IMG/VR virus record: IMGVR_UViG_3300020469_000029
Reading direction: 5' to 3' (one strand)
DNA from: an uncultured virus (IMG/VR IMGVR_UViG_3300020469_000029)
Lineage: Duplodnaviria; Heunggongvirae; Uroviricota; Caudoviricetes; Kyanoviridae
DNA: 64,000 bases
In this document: positions 59,001-64,000 of the stretch, one piece after another
Layout of the letters: every line of letters starts with the position of its first letter
How positions within the stretch are numbered: the stretch's first letter is position 1
Position numbers and translations under genes: made by a program
Notes under the pieces: generated by a model
The model's database searches: none
Told to the model about the DNA's origin: nothing
The model's input: the letters and a program-made list of their open reading frames with translations, nothing else

Positions 59001-60767
59001 GGTGAGTTAACTGGTAATGCTGCCACTGCATCTCTAATTGACGTTACTGAGACTGCTTCTTCTAACCTAACTTACTATCCTACTTTCGTTTCTACCACAT
59101 CTGGTAACACTGAAATAAGGACAGACTCTTCAAACTTACAATACAATCCATTCTCCAATACTCTTACAGTAACTAACTTTAAGTCAACTACTGACTTTGA
59201 GATTCAGGGTAACTTAAACGTTACTGGAGCATTAACATTCTTCCAGTCACAGGTTGGTAGTATTGCTAACCATACTACTGATGCTCTTGCTGAAGGATCA
59301 ACTAACTTATACTATACAGCAGAGCGTGTAGATGATAGAGTTTCTAACTTAATCAATGGTGGCACAGGTATTACTGCTACCTATGATGATGCTGGTAATA
59401 TGCTGACCTTGAGTGCTACTCAGTCAGATCTTAATACTGACAACTTTACTGAAGGATCAACTAATCTATTTACTACTGCTGTAAGGACAAGGACTCACTT
59501 CTCTTATGGCACAGGTATTGAATTATCTGGTGCTGGTGCTCTATCAGTCACACAGGCAGACATTAATACTGATAACGTAACTGAAGGATCTACAAATCTA
59601 TTCATAACTGCTGCTAGGACTCGTGGACATTTAAGTGCTAGTGGATCATTGGCATACAATGCTTCTACTGGTGACTTCTCATACACAACTCCAACTACTA
59701 TTGCATCTCTATCCAACCATGATACAGATGATGTAGCAGAAGGATCAAGCAATAAGTATTATACAGATGAGAGAGTAGATGATAGAGTTAATGCTTTAAT
59801 CATTGCAGGTACTGGTGTTACTAAGGCATACGATGATGGTGCTAATACATATACATTATCTGTTACTCAGGCAGACGTTAATACTGACACAGTAACTGAA
59901 GGATCAACAAATCTCTTTACTACTGCTGCTAGAACAAGGACACACTTTACATATGGCACAGGTATTACACATTCGGGTGGCACACTTTCTGTTACTCAAT
60001 CTGATATTGACACCGATAACGTCACAGAAGGATCCACAAATCTATTTACAACTGCTGCTCGCACTAGAGGACATATAAGTGTCAGTGGATCGTTAGCATA
60101 CAACAGTGGCACTGGTGTTATTTCATTCACACAACGCACTGATGCTGAGGTAAATACTCTTGCAGACGCAAGAATTACTGCTGCTGATACTGATGCTTTA
60201 TCAGAAGGATCATCTAACCTTTACTACACAGATGCTAGAGCAGACGCACGTATCGCTGCTGCTGACACAGATAATCTATCTGAAGGATCAACTAACCTTT
60301 ACTATACTAATGCTAGAGCAGACGCAAGAATTGCTGCTGCTGATACCGATGATCTATCAGAAGGATCAAGCAATCTTTATCATACAACCGCTAGAGCACG
60401 TGCTTCCATAAGTGCTGGTGGAGATCTTGCTTATAACTCCTCTACAGGTGTGATGAGTGTTACTCTCCCAACTGTATTCTCTGGAGCATATGCTGACCTA
60501 TCTGGCAAACCTACATTATTCTCTGGTGCATATGCAGATCTGACTGGCAAACCTACATTATTCTCTGGTGATTATGATGACCTATCTAACAAACCTACAT
60601 TAGGTAGTGCTGCTGCAACTGCTACAACTGCATACGCTACTGCTGCACAAGGTGCAACTGCTGACTCTGCATTACAGGCAGAGACAATTACATTAGCAAC
60701 CCTTAAGTCTGTTACAGCAGCGTCTGCTGACTTTGCTGACTTCCAGACTAGAATCGCTGCTCTATAA
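53076..60767 (+). CDS. long fibre protein (2563 aa) at the wac/fibritin position
   Basis: IQLRRD...W...NPILAQGE.G.E.DT...KVGDG N-terminal domain; beta-helix-like GTLDVDG repeats; EGSTNLY repeats. Confidence 0.85.
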   Translation: MANRIQLRRDGAQQWANVNPILAQGELGIEIDTSRLKVGDGVTAWNSLKYERPIETESNTANTLVKRDADGNFEAGAITASLVGNSATATRLANARQIALGGDMSGSGTFDGSSNLTITSELNYVTTLPHYDANDLAATGTYSQVTIDSRGRIVNASTPTSLTAYGITDAQPLDSDLTSLGAMTTFGLLSRQSEGTIVSRTITGGSQRIIVNNGNGQSSNPFIDLADTTVVVGSYNPVGNLDTPLISATTGDETVNTTNLTVDRYGRLTYAQTSAIATAKQGTKVAVYNAGSAYPRYSIVKNAADKLYQAILDIGAGAGEPSHTDTSDAGSWRYLSSAVAPQKGIASFAQEDFDVTSWIDPEQGGHVTIAERGVDNLQLQNNRIGFADGNTLENFELDQELTATTGYRGFNYLNYTKVNDTTGNLLVGANNQGNGSSGAIQAVTNIVVTVGVDTVGGQVTGVFYIDGVETPVMNLKRGIKYIFNQNDSSNATYGGVGQPHPLMFSLTEDGDLIPGGAHYMPGIHYFLDGVEKTMAEYTAQFTGATNKIVEFLVQDEAPATLYYWCHHHTGQGSSINITDGGAGEFDVNVRSYFSHPDITLDGAITQTIDKTGDGHLNLQLTQNTGMDRNLSILSTNAGAGNATILIQSENDITIAASNVANRVHVEDYWLQDNVLSTTNATMILDPNDDDDVTGLVQIRGDLQVDGTTTTVNSTVVTIDDPIFTLGGDTAPVADDNKDRGIEFKYYDTQARLGFFGWDENYADSNIWSSTGGFRFLYNATNTSEVFTGTDAPLIAGNLRLTTNTGSTSTTTGTLVVTGGLGLSENAHVGGTVTIAGQSEVNNNVILKADNKSFNIQTAAGVDKFTVDYDNGNTVIEGTVDIQLETTVTDNLIVKADAKKFDIQTAAGVSVFDVDTDNGNTHTDGTLDVDSGVTFNSTLDVDLATTLNSTLDVDDDVVFHNDFLMDVTGKTFTITNGTDQKFKVTSTNGNTDIEGTLNVNSLSTFEKTTNITVDTSADDAITQTATGSVDIDGGLNVDVDLRVGGDLYVSDRIDSKDAGTARTRPSLLNNLDVRYREYIGSVAAHNADFANDPDANLRVAGGAGIVADLHVGDDFYVGKVGTNDNVEFSILGESGYTTIGRAGQGGATDGAIVVHGDATFNREVNITGSLTTVGNANTDVLTVNAVSQFTDNVTVDGNLTVNTNAVVEGNLTVNGTTTTVNSTVVTIDDPVFTLGGDTAPGSDDAKDRGIEFKYYDSQARVGFFGWDNSASRYLFAHNVTNSSEAFSGTKSGIDAGSIKLFDTTNSTTASSGALIVGGGAGIGLNLYVGANLDVNTNTDIGGNLNVVGDFDLTDDFRINTDKFTVDAGTGNTYAEGTLQVDGNVTLGNASGDSHSVTGTVQFNQAITSTDITADQIQIGVDAANEISTTSGNLVLDSDGGTVNVTDDLDVDLNLNVDGNTKIDGTLTVDGNATIGNASGDNHIVTGTVTFNQAITSTNITADSVTIGVDSDGEISTTTGVNLILDSATGETQVDDNLTVTGTLDVDGNTQIGNNSSDAHAFTGTVTFNQAVTSTDITADNVQLGVSGSSEVDTSSGNLTLDSATGETIVDDNLTINGTLDVDALTTITDALTVKADNKLVSIQNAAGLTKFEVDTDNGNTDIQGTVNIEGATVIDDTLNVTQAVDLDTTLNVDGAATFQDNVVLNADNKEFAIQLNDGTDKFTVQSATGNTDIQGTLDVNGATNVTNTVGITGVTSVTNATNPANLIDTAAFNVTGGAIISKDVFLGEDFYMGPNNASTFSVVGSSGNTLIGGTLGVTGTTTLGTADVSTLNLTSNANISGSIIVNTSKFIVAGASGNTTIDGTLDVAGATTIDDTLNVTQNVDLDSNLNVDGNAQIDGTLTVDTTSLLKDSVVLRGGSKTLKLQNGSSTDKITLHSTSGNAEITGTSTLGTLDVTNNTTIGGTLGVTGQITGNVTGELTGNAATASLIDVTETASSNLTYYPTFVSTTSGNTEIRTDSSNLQYNPFSNTLTVTNFKSTTDFEIQGNLNVTGALTFFQSQVGSIANHTTDALAEGSTNLYYTAERVDDRVSNLINGGTGITATYDDAGNMLTLSATQSDLNTDNFTEGSTNLFTTAVRTRTHFSYGTGIELSGAGALSVTQADINTDNVTEGSTNLFITAARTRGHLSASGSLAYNASTGDFSYTTPTTIASLSNHDTDDVAEGSSNKYYTDERVDDRVNALIIAGTGVTKAYDDGANTYTLSVTQADVNTDTVTEGSTNLFTTAARTRTHFTYGTGITHSGGTLSVTQSDIDTDNVTEGSTNLFTTAARTRGHISVSGSLAYNSGTGVISFTQRTDAEVNTLADARITAADTDALSEGSSNLYYTDARADARIAAADTDNLSEGSTNLYYTNARADARIAAADTDDLSEGSSNLYHTTARARASISAGGDLAYNSSTGVMSVTLPTVFSGAYADLSGKPTLFSGAYADLTGKPTLFSGDYDDLSNKPTLGSAAATATTAYATAAQGATADSALQAETITLATLKSVTAASADFADFQTRIAAL
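59275..60400 (+). repeat. nine TD-x2-EGS-x-N-x-[YF]-x-T coding repeats, the last three as ~78-bp tandem units
   Basis: counted in the translation; ADTDALSEGSSNLYYTDARADARIAA-type units at ~60183-60400. Confidence 0.85.
60477..60602 (+). repeat. 3 x 42-bp tandem repeat (FSG-x-Y-x-DL-x2-KPTL)
   Basis: ttctctgg...aaacctacatta three times. Confidence 0.9.
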
Positions 60768-60771
60768 GTAA

Positions 60772-61578
60772 ATGGCAAAACCTAATTCCAAAGCTACTCT
60801 AAAAGAATATGCTCTACGCAGGTTAGGTAAACCTGTACTGGAGATCAACGTCTCTGATGATCAATGCGATGATGCAATTGATTATACATTACAGAAATTT
60901 CAACAGTTTCATTACGATGGTGCTGAGAGAGTCTATTTAAAACACAAGATAACCCAAGCAGATCTTGATAGGAATCTTGCTGCCAATGATGATACAACTA
61001 CTTCTACTGCTGGTAACTCTGAGTGGTCAGAGAGGAAGAGTTATATAGAGATACCACAGCATATACTTTCTGTTGAAGGACTATTCTCCTTTACTGATAA
61101 AGGTACCGCAAACATGTTTGATATTAGATATCAAATGCGTTTGAATGACTTGTATGACTTTACGTCTACACAGTTTTATCATTACTACATGATACAGCAA
61201 CATTTGGGATCAATTGATTTCTTATTAGAAGGTTTAAAACCTACTCGTTATGTTGCTACTCAGGATAGATTATATCTTGATATGGATTGGTCAACAGATG
61301 TCCAACTTGATACCTATATTGTTATTAAAGCATGGAGAGCACTAGATCCTCTCACATGGACAGAGATATATGATTGTATGTGGGTCAAAGATTATACTGC
61401 TGCTAAGATTAAGAAGCAGTGGGGTAGTAATATGACTAAATTCCAAAACGTCCAGATGCCAGGTGGTGTCACGTTAAATGGAGAAATGATTTACAACGAT
61501 GCGGTGCAAGAGATTAAAGATCTTGAAGAGCAACTGCGTACAGAATGGGAAACTCCACCTCTAGACATGATAGGATAA
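60772..61578 (+). CDS. gp13: neck protein gp13
   Basis: LRRLGKPVLEINV, KKQWG.NM.KF..VQMPGGVTLNG. Confidence 0.95.
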   Translation: MAKPNSKATLKEYALRRLGKPVLEINVSDDQCDDAIDYTLQKFQQFHYDGAERVYLKHKITQADLDRNLAANDDTTTSTAGNSEWSERKSYIEIPQHILSVEGLFSFTDKGTANMFDIRYQMRLNDLYDFTSTQFYHYYMIQQHLGSIDFLLEGLKPTRYVATQDRLYLDMDWSTDVQLDTYIVIKAWRALDPLTWTEIYDCMWVKDYTAAKIKKQWGSNMTKFQNVQMPGGVTLNGEMIYNDAVQEIKDLEEQLRTEWETPPLDMIG

Positions 61579-61579
61579 C

Positions 61580-62455
61580 ATGGCTACTAACACTTATTTC
61601 TCTCAAGGTACTACAGGTGAGCAAGACTTAACACAGAGTCTTGTTAACGAGCAGATTAAGATGTTCGGTAAAGATGTATACTATATCCCTAGGACTTTAG
61701 TAAAACAAGATACGGTCTTCGGTGAAGATACGATGTCAAAGTTTGAGGGTGCATATTTAATCGAAGCTTTTATCGAAGACAACTCAGGATTCAGAGGAGA
61801 TGGTGACATGTTCTCCAAGTTTGGTGTACAAATTGCTGACCAAGCAACCTTTGTTATATCAAGGACTCGTTTCACTGAGGCAGTTGACGATAATGCAACA
61901 CTAATTGTAGAGGGTAGACCAAATGAAGGCGATCTCGTATACTTCCCTATGGCAAATAAGATCTTTGAGATCCAGTTTGTCGAATATGAAGTACCATTTT
62001 TCACGTTGGGTAAAATCTATACATGGGGATTACGATGTGAACTCTTCCAGTACAGCGACGAAGACATCGACACTGGAATCACAGAGGTTGATGCAATTGA
62101 GGTCAACTATGCCAATGCAATAAGTGTTAACGTTGCTGAAGGTGGCAGTGGAGACTTTGTTGCTGAGGAGATTATTACAGGTGGTAACACTAATGTAACT
62201 GCTACAGTTAAATCTTGGAATAGTGCCACACGTCAGTTGGTTTTATATAATAGATCTGGTATCTTTGCTATACCTGAGACACTTACAGGTAATACATCTA
62301 GTGCTGCGTGGACAAGTGCTACATATAATACCCTAAATAATACGAATGATGACTCTCAGTCCAACTTCGTTATCGAAACGCAGTCGGATGCTATCATTGA
62401 TTTCACTGAAGGTAATCCTTTTGGTGAGTTTGGAAATAAAGGAAGTAGTATCTAA
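61580..62455 (+). CDS. gp14: neck protein gp14
   Basis: EQIKMFG.DVYYIPR, SKFG, RPNEGDLVYFP, FEIQFVE, NPFG. Confidence 0.95.
   Translation: MATNTYFSQGTTGEQDLTQSLVNEQIKMFGKDVYYIPRTLVKQDTVFGEDTMSKFEGAYLIEAFIEDNSGFRGDGDMFSKFGVQIADQATFVISRTRFTEAVDDNATLIVEGRPNEGDLVYFPMANKIFEIQFVEYEVPFFTLGKIYTWGLRCELFQYSDEDIDTGITEVDAIEVNYANAISVNVAEGGSGDFVAEEIITGGNTNVTATVKSWNSATRQLVLYNRSGIFAIPETLTGNTSSAAWTSATYNTLNNTNDDSQSNFVIETQSDAIIDFTEGNPFGEFGNKGSSI
62333..62339 (+). promoter_or_regulatory. possible late promoter inside gp14
   Basis: CTAAATA ~115 nt upstream of gp15. Confidence 0.45.
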
Positions 62456-63258
62456 TGTTAGGAACGTATTCATACCACGAAATTATTAAGAAGACAGTTG
62501 TTGCTTTTGGTACATTGTTCAATAATATTGAACTAAAACGTGTAGCATCAGGAAAAACAGAGGTCATGAAAGTGCCTTTAGCATATGGTCCTCGTCAGAA
62601 ATTCTTGCAGAGATTAAATCAGGTAGGTCTTAATAAGACTAGTGTCCAGATTACTCTTCCTAGAATCTCTTTTGAGATACAAGGGTTTGCATATGATGCA
62701 ACTAGAAAGGTATCTCCTACTCAATACATTAGAAACACACAAGCTGATGGTAAAGAGTTTAAATCTTTCATGCCAATACCATATAATTTGAATTTTGAAT
62801 TGTCAATCATGGCAAAGAATCAAGACGATGGTCTTCAGATTCTTGAGCAGATACTCCCAGTCTTCCAACCTAGTTTTAATATTACATTAAATTTAGTATC
62901 AACTTTAGCTGAGAAGAGGGACTATCCAGTCACTTTAACTTCTATTGATTATGAGGATGTGTATGAAGGTGACTACGATACTCGTAGGACATTGGTATAT
63001 ACATTACAATTTGTTGCTAAGACTTACCTATACGGTCCTGTCCAAGACAAGTCTGGTGAGGTTATTAAGAAGGCAATTATTGACTACTCTACTAAGACTG
63101 AGTTAGCACCTAATGCACCACGTGAAGTTAGATATCAGGTCACACCAGATCCAGTCACTGCTGATGCAGATGACAATTTTGGATTTAATGAATTGACAAG
63201 TGAGTTTGTTGATTCTCAGCAATGGAACCCAACCACAGGACAAGATGAAACAGTTTGA
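62455..63258 (+). CDS. gp15: tail sheath stabiliser/terminator gp15
   Basis: FGTLFNNI, KVPLAYGP.QKFL, LPRISFE, QILEQILP.FQP, KTYLYGP. Confidence 0.95.
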   Translation: MLGTYSYHEIIKKTVVAFGTLFNNIELKRVASGKTEVMKVPLAYGPRQKFLQRLNQVGLNKTSVQITLPRISFEIQGFAYDATRKVSPTQYIRNTQADGKEFKSFMPIPYNLNFELSIMAKNQDDGLQILEQILPVFQPSFNITLNLVSTLAEKRDYPVTLTSIDYEDVYEGDYDTRRTLVYTLQFVAKTYLYGPVQDKSGEVIKKAIIDYSTKTELAPNAPREVRYQVTPDPVTADADDNFGFNELTSEFVDSQQWNPTTGQDETV

Positions 63259-63655
63259 TGGGATCGAAGAAGCTCTGGACGTTGAAACATCTATTGTTCC
63301 TAAAAAGGAGCCTAAGATGGAAATTGTACCAACGACGACTACGGAGCAACTCAAGAAAGACTATGACTACACGAGGGGCAACCTCTACTCGCTTATTGAA
63401 AAAGGTCAGGAAGCGGTGGACGGTATCCTCGAAGTGGCTCAGAGCTCTGATCAACCAAGGGCGTATGAAGTAGCAGCAACTACAATTAAAGCAGTTGCTG
63501 ATGTTGCTGATAAACTTGCTGATCTTCATAAAAAAGTTGGTGAGATAGAAAATCCAAAAGGAACTATCGCAGATAAACAAGTTACTAACAACACCATGTT
63601 TGTTGGTAGCACAGCAGAACTTGCTAAATTTCTAAAACAAAAGCAAGATAAATAA
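63245..63655 (+). CDS. gp16: terminase small subunit gp16
   Basis: DYDYTR.NLY.LI.KG, PRAYEV, FVGSTAEL; ATG 63245 preferred over the track start at 63200. Confidence 0.92.
   Translation: MKQFDGIEEALDVETSIVPKKEPKMEIVPTTTTEQLKKDYDYTRGNLYSLIEKGQEAVDGILEVAQSSDQPRAYEVAATTIKAVADVADKLADLHKKVGEIENPKGTIADKQVTNNTMFVGSTAELAKFLKQKQDK
63648..63654 (+). promoter_or_regulatory. late promoter
   Basis: ATAAATA overlapping the gp16 end, upstream of 63678. Confidence 0.6.
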
Positions 63656-63677
63656 CATAGTAAAGGTAACTTAAACC

Positions 63678-64000
63678 ATGTCGGTATTAAATGTAATTGA
63701 CACACAGACAATCAGTGCATCTGGTACTGGCTATATTGTAGTCAAGTCTGGTGTAATAAGAGTCTATAGTGCAAGTGCATCTACCATCAAGATTGATGCT
63801 GGACCTGCAATCACACTTGCAGCAGCAACACCTGAGTTGATCTCAGTTGGCAAACCAAAATCATCAAGAATTAAAGCAGCAACTGATGCTGCTGCTATGG
63901 TAGTAACCGTTGATCACGGTGGCACACCAGCACACACTTTTGCAGTAGGAGATTATGTCGCTACTGTTGATGGTGGTGATACTGATGGATTTGTTGCAGC
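63678..64000 (+). CDS. hypothetical, probably virion, protein (MSVLNVIDTQTISASG...), truncated by the window end
   Basis: open frame from ATG 63678 to the window end, after a late promoter. Confidence 0.75.
   Translation, partial: MSVLNVIDTQTISASGTGYIVVKSGVIRVYSASASTIKIDAGPAITLAAATPELISVGKPKSSRIKAATDAAAMVVTVDHGGTPAHTFAVGDYVATVDGGDTDGFVA

Noticed and set aside
45138..60767. Absence of recognisable T4 gp9-gp12 and wac between gp8 and gp13
   Set aside because: Replacement by VrlC-like and fibre genes is the usual cyanophage arrangement
60763..60770. TATAAGTA late-promoter variant before gp13
   Set aside because: One mismatch and only 1 nt from the start codon; not supportable
2418..63711. Many minus-strand and alternative-frame ORFs inside long genes
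   Set aside because: Shadow ORFs expected from codon bias in Gly/Thr/Val-rich genes; no recognisable motifs or RBS
1..64000. tRNA, rRNA, IS elements or auxiliary metabolic genes
   Set aside because: None recognised; intergenic gaps are short and show no cloverleaf or transposase signature

Overview
64 kb of a T4-like marine myophage, with gene content and order typical of Prochlorococcus/Synechococcus cyanophages (Kyanoviridae-like). All credible genes are on the + strand. 1-2300 is a block of small, probably early genes with sigma70 promoters, a DnaA-box cluster and an apparent C-rich to G-rich compositional switch (candidate origin). It is followed by NlpC/P60 and AbrB-like genes and the late structural module: 1385-aa virion protein, PAAR/gp5.4, gp25, gp6, a giant 9265-aa gp7-like protein, YHYH and fibre proteins, gp8, VrlC-like protein, a 2563-aa fibre, gp13, gp14, gp15, gp16 and a truncated ORF. 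The most striking feature is inside gp7. Twenty-four copies of a ~105-aa Cys/Asp/His beta-domain are not tandem but recursively inserted into each other's loops, parsing as a balanced branched tree (depth 11, 7 leaves) with a circularly permuted root. This tree is itself nested in helical repeats that resemble the phycobiliprotein chromophore-attachment motif. All calls come from reading the sequence; no searches or computations were run.
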